DNA of 32,000 bases from Candidatus Saganbacteria bacterium (GTDB lineage: Bacteria; Margulisbacteria; WOR-1; JAKLHX01), in contig JAPLKZ010000007.1 in NCBI GenBank assembly GCA_026387835.1, positions 199,291-231,290 on the forward strand, given 5' to 3'. The translations under genes were made by a program, and so were the position numbers. How positions within the stretch are numbered: the first letter of the stretch is position 1; the number at the start of each line of letters is the position of its first letter. A model generated the notes under the pieces. It saw only the letters and a program-made list of their open reading frames with translations, made no database searches and was not told the DNA's origin. Below are positions 1 to 12,362 of the stretch, in pieces.

Positions 1-3016
<3,016 letters not shown>

Positions 3017-3032
<16 letters not shown>

Positions 3033-3970
3033 AATGACTTTACGGTTTCAAGAATAGAGTCTTTTGCTTTATTTATCTCCATTTTTAGCACCGCTCCCGA
3101 GGCGCGGACGTGGCCTCCCCCTCCGAATTCTTTGGCTATCCTCTGGACATTCTTTGTCTTTGATCTGAAATTGACCTTTACCGTCCCGCTTTCCGTTTCT
3201 TTCAGAAAAACAGCTATATCGGTGTCCTTCAGGGACCGCAGGTGGTCGGCGATGCCGCTCACTTCCTCGCTGTTAGCCCCGCACTTTTTGATGTCTTCGT
3301 TGGTCAGGATGATCCAGCTTATCTTTCCGTCAGCGGTGCTTTCCATCTTTTCCAGCGCAAAACCGAGGATCTTGATCTCTGACCTGGTCTTGGACTCATA
3401 GATCTTGAACGCGATGCCGTGCGGATCGGCCCCGTTATCAGCCAGGTCTTTTGCGATGGAGAATATTTTTGCGTTTGTATTATCATATTTGAAACAACCG
3501 GTATCAGTTATAATAGCGGCGTAAATAGCGGCCGCGATGTCGGGGTCAAGGCCTACCCCCATTTTTTTTGCGATCTTGTAGATTATCTCTCCCGTAGAAG
3601 AGCATTTTTTTACAAGGTTCAGATCGCCGAACTTTTTATTGTCCTCGTGATGGTCGATATTGATCAGCAGGTCCGAATGCTGTCTTATTTTATCGCCGAC
3701 CGCTATTCTTTTGATGTCCCCGCAGTCCACGGCTATGACGGCGTCAAACCTGTCTTCGGGGACCAAAGAAGATTTTATCTGATCGATGTTTTTGAGAAAA
3801 CCATATATCTCCGGTATTTTATCCCTTGAATAGATCGAGACTTTTTTGCCGAGTTTTTTAAGTATAGAAGAAAGAGCGCTGGCGGAACCTATAGTGTCGC
3901 CGTCAGGATCGACATGCAGGCACACAAGAAAATTAGAGTGATTATTGATCGCCTCGATGATCTTTTTCAT
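3017..3970 (-). CDS. DHH/DHHA1-family phosphoesterase (NrnA-like oligoribonuclease / pAp phosphatase)
   Basis: Motifs present are HVDPDGDTIGS, DCGD, NIDHHEDN and a C-terminal GGGH (DHHA1). I prefer the start MKKIIEAINNH at 3970, which forms an ATGA overlap with the rbfA stop at 3967-3969, over the track start at 3997. Confidence 0.8.
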
Positions 3971-4302
3971 TTTTGCTGCTCTCTCATCAGGTTCCACAGC
4001 TTGCTCGCTTTTTCAAGCGATTCGTCATGATGGAACGATATTTCAGGTACTGCCCTGAGGGAAAGCTTGTTTCCAAGGCAGCCCCTGATGAATTTTCTTG
4101 CGCTTTCAAGCCCTTTTAACGCTTCCTTTTTGTCATTTTCTTTTCCCAGTACGCTCACATATATCTTCGCGTTCTTAAGGTCGGGGGAGACGGACACATC
4201 GGTCACTGTCAAAAAACCTATCCGGGGATCGTTTATCTCGCAGTGGAGTATTTCGCTGATAAGGACCTTTATTCTCTGGGCCACTCTGTCAGACCTTGAC
4301 AT
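3967..4302 (-). CDS. rbfA: ribosome-binding factor A
   Basis: It is 111 aa and reads RVAQRIKVLISEILHCEINDPRIGFLTVTDVSVSPDLKNAKIYVSVLG, the typical RbfA KH-like core. It sits immediately after infB with a 14-nt overlap. Confidence 0.85.
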   Translation of the reverse strand: MSRSDRVAQRIKVLISEILHCEINDPRIGFLTVTDVSVSPDLKNAKIYVSVLGKENDKKEALKGLESARKFIRGCLGNKLSLRAVPEISFHHDESLEKASKLWNLMREQQK

Positions 4303-6325
4303 TTTTCCTCTTTACCCGCGTCTCGAACTGCTCGATGATGTCATCAGGGGCAAAATCATCAAAGTCCGCGACCGTTATGCCGCATTCCATACCCGTATTG
4401 ACCTCTTTCACATCGTCCTTGAAGCGTTTAAGGGAAGATATTTTTCCTTCAAAGATCATATCCCCGTTCCTTTTAACCCTTACGGAAGCGCCGCGGACCA
4501 TCTTTCCGTCGGTCACCGTGCAGCCTGCGATAGCGCCTACCTTTGAAAATTTGAACAGTTGCCTGATAAGCGAGTGGCCGGAGATAACTTCCTCGTATTC
4601 AGGCTCCAGCATGCCTTCAAGGGCCAGCTTGATGTCGTCAATGACATTGTAGATGATAGAATACAGCCTGGCGTCAACGCCCTCTGTCTCGGCAAGCGGT
4701 TTGGTCTCGCCCTCAAAATCCACTCCGAACCCTATTATTATCGCTTCGGATGCTTTCGCGAGCATCACGTCGCTCCTGTTGATGTTGCCGGTGCTGTTAA
4801 GTATTATGTGTGTCTTTATGTTGCCGGTGGAAAGGTCGCTCAGGCTCTTTACAAGAGCTTCCAGTGAACCGTGGACGTCAGCCTTTATTATCAGGTTCAA
4901 GGTCTTCATTTCCCCTGATTTGACCTGCATCGAGAAGTCTTCAAGTGAAAGGACCTTGCCTTTTGACTTTCCTTCTCCGGACAGTTCTTTGCTCTTCTCG
5001 GCTATGGACCGGGCTTCTTTTTCACTATTTACGACCTTAAGGATGTCGCCGGCTTTAGGGACGTCCGAGATGCCTATTATCTCGACGGGAAAGGCCGGTC
5101 CCGCTTTTGAGATCCTTTTTCCCTTGTCATTTATCAGGGCCCTTATCTTGCCGCTGGTAATACCTGAATAAAAAGCGTCCCCTACTCTCAACGTCCCTTC
5201 CTTTATAAGGACGGTCGCAACGGGCCCCATTGATTTGTCCATAAAAGATTCTATGACGATAGCTTTCACCGGGCAGGAAGGATCGGCTTTAAGGTCCATC
5301 ATTTCCGCCACAAGAAGGATCATCTCAAGCAGATGGTCGATGCCCGTGCCCTGTTTTGCGGATACGGGAACCGTCACCGTCTTGCCTCCCCAGTCTTCGG
5401 GCGTAAGGTCCAGCTCAGACAGCTGCTGCTTGACCCTGTCGGGATTGGCGTCAGGCTTGTCGATCTTATTGATAGCGACTATTATCGGAGCGCTCGAGGC
5501 TTTGGCATGGTCGATGGCTTCCCTTGTCTGGGGCATGACCCCGTCATCGGCAGCTACTACGAGCACAACGATGTCGGTAGCATTAGCCCCTCTTGCTCTC
5601 AGGGCCGTGAAGGCTTCGTGCCCGGGCGTGTCTAAAAAAGTTATCTGCTTGCCTTTTATCTCTACCTGGTACGCTCCTATGTGCTGGGTTATCCCGCCGG
5701 CCTCTGTATCGATGACATTCGTCTTCCTTATCGCGTCAAGGAGCTTGGTCTTACCGTGGTCCACATGCCCCATTATCGTTACCACCGGCGGCCTGGGCCT
5801 GAGCTTGGACTGATCGACATCGGCCGAAGATTCTTCTTTTACCGTCTTTTTTTCTTCCTGTATCAATTCAAAACCGAGCTTGGAAGCTATGCCGCTTGCT
5901 ATGTCAAAAGCGATCCTCTGGTTGATGTTGGCAAGCACGCCTTTAAGCATCAATTCCTTGATGAGATCGCTGACTTTCATGTTGAATTTTGAGGAAAGGT
6001 CTTTGACGGTTATTTCCGGTTCGTATATGGTTACGGTCTTTTTTTGCGGGGTGTCGGGTTGTTGTTCCGGCTTTTTGACCTCTGCCTTTACTTCCACAGC
6101 AGGTGCTTCCGGTTTTAAGTCCTGTTTCTTTTCTTCATTGCCGCCCTTGATCAGTTCCCTTACTATCTTTGCTGATTCTTCATCAATAGAAGAAGCTTTT
6201 GTTTTAGCATTGATGCCGAGGTCTTTTAGAATGCCGAGCAGCTGCTTTACATCAGTGTTCAGTTCAACGGCAAGCGCATCAACCTTTATCTTTTTCGGAA
6301 GGACTTGTTTTTTCTTCTGTTGCAT
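4289..6325 (-). CDS. infB: translation initiation factor IF-2
   Basis: The G-domain motifs GHVDHGKTKLLD, DTPGHEAF and NKID are present with conserved C-terminal domains. A Shine-Dalgarno AAGGA lies 5-6 nt upstream of the ATG at 6325. The start overlaps the nusA 3' end by 47 nt. Confidence 0.95.
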   Translation of the reverse strand: MQQKKKQVLPKKIKVDALAVELNTDVKQLLGILKDLGINAKTKASSIDEESAKIVRELIKGGNEEKKQDLKPEAPAVEVKAEVKKPEQQPDTPQKKTVTIYEPEITVKDLSSKFNMKVSDLIKELMLKGVLANINQRIAFDIASGIASKLGFELIQEEKKTVKEESSADVDQSKLRPRPPVVTIMGHVDHGKTKLLDAIRKTNVIDTEAGGITQHIGAYQVEIKGKQITFLDTPGHEAFTALRARGANATDIVVLVVAADDGVMPQTREAIDHAKASSAPIIVAINKIDKPDANPDRVKQQLSELDLTPEDWGGKTVTVPVSAKQGTGIDHLLEMILLVAEMMDLKADPSCPVKAIVIESFMDKSMGPVATVLIKEGTLRVGDAFYSGITSGKIRALINDKGKRISKAGPAFPVEIIGISDVPKAGDILKVVNSEKEARSIAEKSKELSGEGKSKGKVLSLEDFSMQVKSGEMKTLNLIIKADVHGSLEALVKSLSDLSTGNIKTHIILNSTGNINRSDVMLAKASEAIIIGFGVDFEGETKPLAETEGVDARLYSIIYNVIDDIKLALEGMLEPEYEEVISGHSLIRQLFKFSKVGAIAGCTVTDGKMVRGASVRVKRNGDMIFEGKISSLKRFKDDVKEVNTGMECGITVADFDDFAPDDIIEQFETRVKRKNVKV

Positions 6326-7430
6326 TTTTATCCTTCTTCTTTTTCTGGGGTTTTGCCTCGGCTTCCTTATCAGCCTTTTGCTTTTGACCGGATATCTTTT
6401 CCCCTGTTTCGCTGCGGATATCGATCTTCCACCCTGTCAATTTTGATGCAAGTCGTACGTTCTGGCCTTCCTTGCCTATTGCGAGCGAAAGCTGGCTTTC
6501 CGCTACAGTGACCGTCGCGTTCATTGCTTCTTTATCAAGCTCTATCTTGTCTATCTTTGCCGGGCTGAGAGCGTTGGTGATATATGCCTTAGGGTCTTCT
6601 TTCCATTCTATGATGTCGATGCGCTCATTCCCGAGCTCTTTTACGATATTTTGTATGCGGCCGCCCATGTGCCCGACGCAGGTGCCGACCACACTTACGT
6701 TACTGTCGTTAGAGGTGAGAGATATCTTTGTCCTTCTGCCCGCTTCCCGCACGACGTTTTTTATCTCGAGCGTGCCTTCCACTATTTCAGGCACTTCAAG
6801 TTCGAAGAGTTTTTTTACCAGGCCGGGATGCGACCTCGAAATAAGGATCGCGGGACCTCTCGCCAGTTTATTGACTTCTATCACATACAGCTTTACGCGG
6901 TCTTTTATCCTCAGTGTTTCCGTAGGCGGGACCTCGGAAAAAGGCAGCAATGTCTCGATCCTCCCGAGGTTCACCAGATATCCGTTGAATTCCTTCTGCT
7001 GGATGGTCCCGGTGATGATATCACCCTGTTTTTTTGAGAATTCGTCGAAGGAGATCTCTTTTTCGGCTTCCCTCATCCTCTGGATTATCACCTGTTTGGC
7101 CGTTTGGGCTGCCAGCCTGCCAAAATCCTCAGGGGTGACATTGATCTCGATCTCATCCCCAACTTTCGCCTTTTTATCGATCTTTTTTGCCTGATCGGGC
7201 GAGATTTGAAGTTCAAGGTCCTCGGGAGACTCCGTCACGGTCCTTTTTGCAAATACAGTGACATTGCCGTCATTATCTATTTTTACGCTCAGATTGTCGC
7301 CGTTCTTGAACTTTTTTCTGCAGGCGGACAATAGAGCAGCTTCGACAGCCCCCACAAGCATCTCTTTGGGGATGCCGCGCTCTTTCTGGATCACATCCAG
7401 CATATTTGAGAAGCCTTCTATTTTTTTCAT
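6279..7430 (-). CDS. nusA: transcription termination/antitermination factor NusA
   Basis: An N-terminal domain, S1 domain (GDIITGTIQQKEFNGYLVNLG) and KH domains (VGTCVGHMGGRIQNIVKELG; AIGKEGQNVRLASKLTGWKIDI) are present, followed by a K/E-rich tail. The SD AAGAGGG is 7 nt from the ATG at 7430 but only 1 nt from the track ATG at 7436, so 7430 is preferred. Confidence 0.95.
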   Translation of the reverse strand: MKKIEGFSNMLDVIQKERGIPKEMLVGAVEAALLSACRKKFKNGDNLSVKIDNDGNVTVFAKRTVTESPEDLELQISPDQAKKIDKKAKVGDEIEINVTPEDFGRLAAQTAKQVIIQRMREAEKEISFDEFSKKQGDIITGTIQQKEFNGYLVNLGRIETLLPFSEVPPTETLRIKDRVKLYVIEVNKLARGPAILISRSHPGLVKKLFELEVPEIVEGTLEIKNVVREAGRRTKISLTSNDSNVSVVGTCVGHMGGRIQNIVKELGNERIDIIEWKEDPKAYITNALSPAKIDKIELDKEAMNATVTVAESQLSLAIGKEGQNVRLASKLTGWKIDIRSETGEKISGQKQKADKEAEAKPQKKKKDKNATEEKTSPSEKDKG

Positions 7431-7447
7431 TTTCATACCCTCTTAAA

Positions 7448-7474
7448 TAAAACAAAAAGTGGGGTTTGCCCACT
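7448..7474 (-). terminator. intrinsic-terminator-like hairpin plus U-tract inside the nusA 5' leader (candidate attenuator)
   Basis: The minus strand reads AGTGGG-caaac-CCCACT followed by TTTTGTTTTATTT. That is a 6-bp stem (4 GC pairs), a 5-nt loop and a T-run. It lies between the predicted promoter (-10 at 7500-7505) and the nusA SD at about 7438-7444. Confidence 0.5.
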
Positions 7475-7499
7475 GTTTTTCTTCCGCGATTTCCACTAA

Positions 7500-7528
7500 A
7501 TAATATCATGCCTAAACGATGTTTGCAA
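7500..7528 (-). promoter_or_regulatory. candidate sigma70-type promoter for the nusA operon (TTGCAA-N17-TGaTATTAT)
   Basis: On the minus strand the -35 TTGCAA is at 7528-7523, followed by a 17-nt spacer, an extended -10 TG at 7508-7507 and the -10 TATTAT at 7505-7500. Confidence 0.4.
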
Positions 7529-7542
7529 GCGCGGCTTTTTAA

Positions 7543-7571
7543 TTGACTTGCACCATTAACTATGCAACAAT
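7543..7571 (+). promoter_or_regulatory. candidate promoter for the small membrane-protein gene (TTGACT-N17-TGcAACAAT)
   Basis: TTGACT is at 7543-7548, a 17-nt spacer follows, TG is at 7563-7564 and a weak -10 AACAAT is at 7566-7571. Confidence 0.3.
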
Positions 7572-7598
7572 CTGAAAGATTACAAGGGGGGTGAAAAA

Positions 7599-7916
7599 AT
7601 GGGATTATTCAATTTGATGGGTGTATATTGTATTATTCCGGTGACGATCTATCTGACGATCAGTTTTTTTGTACTTTTTGTGGTCGGAAAAACTGATTCT
7701 AAGAATCTCAAAATATTCGGAAATGTTATAGCAGTTCTGCTTTGGGTGAGCGCGTTGCTGATACTGATAGCAGGCATATGGATGATGACGACGGGTGACA
7801 GGCCTTGGAATCACTGCTGCAAAATGGATGGCAGGTCCATGATGCACATGAAGATGATGGGCGGCATGAAGGACAAGGGGGGTTCTCCGGCGATGCATCC
7901 GATGATGAGGAGATAA
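7599..7916 (+). CDS. small membrane protein (two hydrophobic helices) with a Met/His/Cys-rich C-terminal tail; hypothetical, possibly metal-binding
   Basis: A strong SD AAGGGGGG lies about 6 nt upstream of the ATG. Two TM-like segments are present (YCIIPVTIYLTISFFVLFVV and VIAVLLWVSALLILIAGIWMM). The tail reads WNHCCKMDGRSMMHMKMMGGMKDKGGSPAMHPMM. A terminator follows at 7942-7967. Confidence 0.55.
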   Translation: MGLFNLMGVYCIIPVTIYLTISFFVLFVVGKTDSKNLKIFGNVIAVLLWVSALLILIAGIWMMTTGDRPWNHCCKMDGRSMMHMKMMGGMKDKGGSPAMHPMMRR

Positions 7917-7941
7917 CCTGATCAGTCAGAATAATAAAAAC

Positions 7942-7967
7942 AAAAGGGGCCCCTAAAGGCCCCTTTT
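7942..7967. terminator. bidirectional Rho-independent terminator between the small membrane-protein gene (+) and groEL (-)
   Basis: The sequence is AAAA-GGGGCC-cctaaa-GGCCCC-TTTT: a perfect 6-bp GC stem flanked by A4 and T4 runs. It sits between the convergent stops at 7916 and 7989. Confidence 0.7.
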
Positions 7968-7988
7968 CTGTTCTTAAGATCTAAACTA

Positions 7989-9955
<1,967 letters not shown>

Positions 9956-10001
9956 AATCATCACCCCTTTCTTTTTAAGTTTTTGATCTCTACTGAAACT
10001 C

Positions 10002-10030
10002 AGTATAACAACGCATTAGCACTCTGTCAA
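10002..10030 (-). promoter_or_regulatory. groESL promoter TTGACA-N17-TATACT, interleaved with CIRCE
   Basis: On the minus strand the consensus -35 TTGACA is at 10030-10025, which is inside the 9-nt CIRCE spacer. A 17-nt spacer follows, then the -10 TATACT at 10007-10002. Confidence 0.55.
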
Positions 10031-10042
10031 GGGGAGTGCTAA
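10016..10042 (-). promoter_or_regulatory. CIRCE operator (HrcA binding site), perfect consensus
   Basis: TTAGCACTC (10016-10024), N9 (tgtcaaggg) and GAGTGCTAA (10034-10042) exactly match the CIRCE consensus TTAGCACTC-N9-GAGTGCTAA. It lies directly upstream of groES. Confidence 0.9.
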
Positions 10043-10044
10043 TG

Positions 10045-10147
10045 ACCGCCTACCGCTTACGGCTTGTGGTGGGCCCTTCGGCAAGCTCAGGGCACCGAGC
10101 AAAGTCGGGGTGCGCAGCCGAACCACTTACAGCTTACAGCTTTTTTT
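10045..10147 (+). other. unassigned GC-rich, hairpin-forming ~100-nt intergenic element ending in a T7 run (possible small RNA or structured element)
   Basis: This stretch is much more GC-rich than its surroundings. Predicted pairings are GCACC(GA)-gcaaag-(TC)GGGGTGC at 10093-10113, GTGGT (10066-10070) with ACCAC (10122-10126), and GGC (10072-10074) with GCC (10117-10119). Direct CTTAC(R)GCTT repeats occur at both ends and T7 is at 10141-10147. It lies outside both flanking predicted promoters. Confidence 0.3.
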
Positions 10148-10148
10148 A

Positions 10149-10157
10149 TGTTATACT
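10149..10157 (+). promoter_or_regulatory. extended -10 element (TGtTATACT) 7 nt upstream of the glucokinase ATG; implies a leaderless or near-leaderless mRNA
   Basis: TG is at 10149-10150 and TATACT at 10152-10157, and the ATG is at 10165. There is no SD in the 7 intervening nt (ttttcta). Confidence 0.35.
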
Positions 10158-10164
10158 TTTTCTA

Positions 10165-11043
10165 ATGAAAAATTACATAATAGGCATAGACCTGGGCGGC
10201 ACAAAAATATCAGCGGCGATAGCCGATGCTAAGGGGAAGATCATCGAGCAGATAACTGTCCCGACGGAAGCTGTCAGAGGAAAAAAACACGTCATAGACC
10301 GCATAGTTTTTCTGGTCAGGGCACTTTACAGAGGAACGGGTATAGACCCAAAAGATGTTCTTTGTATAGGCATAGGCGCGCCCGGACCGGTGATCACTGA
10401 AAAGGGTATCATTATGGATCCCCCGAACCTCCCCGGCTGGATAAGAGTTCCTTTAAGGTCGATACTTGAAAAAAAATTAAAAAAGAAAGTCATCCTTGAA
10501 AATGATGCCAACTGCGCAGCGCTGGCCGAACTAAAGTTCGGTGCGGGAAAAGACTTTGACAGTTTTATGTACGTTACGGTCAGCACGGGTATAGGCGGCG
10601 GGATAGTGATCGGCAAAAAACTATTTCGCGGTTCATCTGACAGTGCGGGAGAGATCGGCCATACAGTGATCGATATCAACGGTCCGAAATGCCCCTGCGG
10701 AAAATATGGCCACCTGGAAGGACTTGCCGCGGGCCCGGCAATATCAAAGCGCGCCGGAATGAAACCCGAGGTCCTGAGAGAAAAAGCTATGAACGGTGAT
10801 AAGAAAGCCATCGAAGAGATAAAATATACAGGGTATCTTATCGGAATAGGTTTCTCTAATGCCGTTAACCTGTTGAATCCGGAAGCGATCATTGTCGGAG
10901 GCGGCATTTCTAATTTTGGGAAGCTTTTGTTTGATCCTATCAGGAAGACCGTAAAAGAGAACGCTCTTGCCCGCGTAAAGATCATTCCCGCCAGGTTAAA
11001 GAACAATGTCGGGGTCATGGGAGCGGTCGCGTTATGTCTATAG
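10165..11043 (+). CDS. ROK-family glucokinase / sugar kinase
   Basis: The sequence starts MKNYIIGIDLGGTKISAAIAD (ATP-binding DxGGT), then has ENDANCAALAE, VTVSTGIGGGIV and the ROK zinc motif GHTVIDINGPKCPCGKYGHLE. The track start at 10036 (GTG) lies inside CIRCE and is rejected. Confidence 0.85.
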   Translation: MKNYIIGIDLGGTKISAAIADAKGKIIEQITVPTEAVRGKKHVIDRIVFLVRALYRGTGIDPKDVLCIGIGAPGPVITEKGIIMDPPNLPGWIRVPLRSILEKKLKKKVILENDANCAALAELKFGAGKDFDSFMYVTVSTGIGGGIVIGKKLFRGSSDSAGEIGHTVIDINGPKCPCGKYGHLEGLAAGPAISKRAGMKPEVLREKAMNGDKKAIEEIKYTGYLIGIGFSNAVNLLNPEAIIVGGGISNFGKLLFDPIRKTVKENALARVKIIPARLKNNVGVMGAVALCL

Positions 11044-11648
11044 CAATAATAGATTACGGTGCGGGGAATTTGAGAAGTGTTCAGAAAGCCCTTGAAAAAC
11101 TCGGCTGTGATTCATCGATAACAGATGACATCAAGACCATAGATTCTGCAAAAGGCATAATCCTTCCCGGTGTCGGCGCATTTGATCCGGCAATGAACGA
11201 GCTGAAAAAAAAGTCGCTTCTTGGCGCTATCATTTCAAATATCGCTAAAAAGAAGCCGTTTCTCGGCTTATGCCTCGGAATGCAGCTGCTGTTCGATGAA
11301 AGTGAAGAAGGCAAAGAAAGCGGGCTTGGAGTGATAAAGGGTAAAGTCAGAAGATTTAATTTTACGAGCCGCGGACTAAAGATCCCCCACATGGGCTGGA
11401 ACGAAATAGACATCTCAAAGCCCTCCCCTATTTTTAAGGGATTAGACAGCAAATTAAAAATGTATTTTGTTCACTCGTATTATTGTGTTCCGTCGGACGA
11501 AAAAGACATCCTTGCCAGGACCGATTATGGGACTCCTTTTGTTTCGGCAGTCTCAAAGGATAATACCTTTGCCCTGCAGTTCCATCCTGAAAAAAGCGGT
11601 GACGCCGGCTTAAAGATCCTTAAGAACTTCGGGGAGATGTGCAAATGA
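11034..11648 (+). CDS. hisH: imidazole glycerol phosphate synthase, glutamine amidotransferase subunit HisH
   Basis: The sequence starts MSIAIIDYGAGNLRSVQKALEKLG, has the nucleophile elbow PFLGLCLGMQLLF, and contains HSYY and FHPEKSG. It overlaps the glucokinase 3' end by 10 nt. Confidence 0.9.
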   Translation: MSIAIIDYGAGNLRSVQKALEKLGCDSSITDDIKTIDSAKGIILPGVGAFDPAMNELKKKSLLGAIISNIAKKKPFLGLCLGMQLLFDESEEGKESGLGVIKGKVRRFNFTSRGLKIPHMGWNEIDISKPSPIFKGLDSKLKMYFVHSYYCVPSDEKDILARTDYGTPFVSAVSKDNTFALQFHPEKSGDAGLKILKNFGEMCK

Positions 11649-12343
11649 GTTTTATAGTCATTCCGGCTGTCGATATCCTTGACTCTAAATGCGTCCGCCT
11701 TGAAAAAGGCGATTATACAAAAGTCACGGTTTATTATGAAAACCCTGTAGACGCGGCTCTCCGCTGGGAGAATGAAGGATATAAATGGCTGCATATAGTT
11801 GACCTGGACGGGGCCAAGTTCGGGCAGATGAAGAATCTCGGCATCATAAAGGACATAGCAAAAGAGTTAAAAATACCCGTGGAAGTCGGCGGAGGAATAA
11901 GGGACCTGGACACCATAAAGGGGCTTTTTGATTCGGGCATTTCAAGAGTAATAATCGGGACAATAGCATTCGAGAATATTTCCTTGGTAAAGACCGTGTC
12001 TGAGCTTTATGGCGATAAAATCGCGGTGAGCATAGACGCCAAAAGAAACATCGTGCTTAAGAAAGGATGGCTTGAAAAAACATCGTTTAAAGCTATCGAT
12101 GCCGCGAAAAGGCTGGTCGATCTCGGAATAAAAAGGTTTGTTTATACAGATGTGTCAAAGGACGGAATGATGCAGGGCCCTAATTTCGGGTCGATCAGGA
12201 AGTTCGCCGCTGCGGTCCAGGCAAAAGTGATCGCTTCAGGCGGTGTAACGACAAACGCCGATATTGAGAAACTTTCGAAGATAAAAAATGTCGAAGGATG
12301 CATAATCGGAAGAGCGGCTTATGAGGGGAAAATATTAATTTGA
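11645..12343 (+). CDS. hisA: ProFAR isomerase HisA
   Basis: Diagnostic stretches are IPAVDILDSKCVRLEKGDY, HIVDLDGA, VGGGIR, YTDVSKDGMMQGPN, ASGGV and IIGRAAYEGKI. The ATG at 11645 forms an ATGA overlap with the hisH stop; the track start at 11639 is a GTG. Confidence 0.9.
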   Translation: MSFIVIPAVDILDSKCVRLEKGDYTKVTVYYENPVDAALRWENEGYKWLHIVDLDGAKFGQMKNLGIIKDIAKELKIPVEVGGGIRDLDTIKGLFDSGISRVIIGTIAFENISLVKTVSELYGDKIAVSIDAKRNIVLKKGWLEKTSFKAIDAAKRLVDLGIKRFVYTDVSKDGMMQGPNFGSIRKFAAAVQAKVIASGGVTTNADIEKLSKIKNVEGCIIGRAAYEGKILI

Positions 12344-12362
12344 TCCTTAGGCCGGACAATTT

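Noticed and set aside
7605-7898. A 97-aa His-rich minus-strand ORF lies opposite the small membrane-protein gene.
   Set aside because: The plus-strand ORF has a strong SD, a candidate promoter, clear TM helices and a downstream terminator. The minus ORF has none of these, and its His richness is the complement of the Met codons (ATG/CAT).
10045-10147. The GC-rich element could be SRP (4.5S) RNA or a tRNA or tRNA remnant.
   Set aside because: SRP-like CAGG and GCAGCC strings are present. However, the stem between them and the apical loop is about 7-9 bp with a hexaloop, instead of the highly conserved 3-bp stem plus GGAA-type tetraloop, and the 5' and 3' ends are direct rather than inverted repeats. 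A D-arm-like GCTC-N8-GAGC is present, but no anticodon stem or T-arm can be formed.
10036-10164. The track ORF extends the ROK kinase by 43 aa upstream (GTG start at 10036).
   Set aside because: The extension starts inside the CIRCE inverted repeat and runs through the GC-rich structured element. It has no kinase-like sequence (MLMTAYRLRLVVGPSASSGHRAKSG...). The ROK ATP-binding motif begins right after the ATG at 10165, which has an extended -10 element just upstream.
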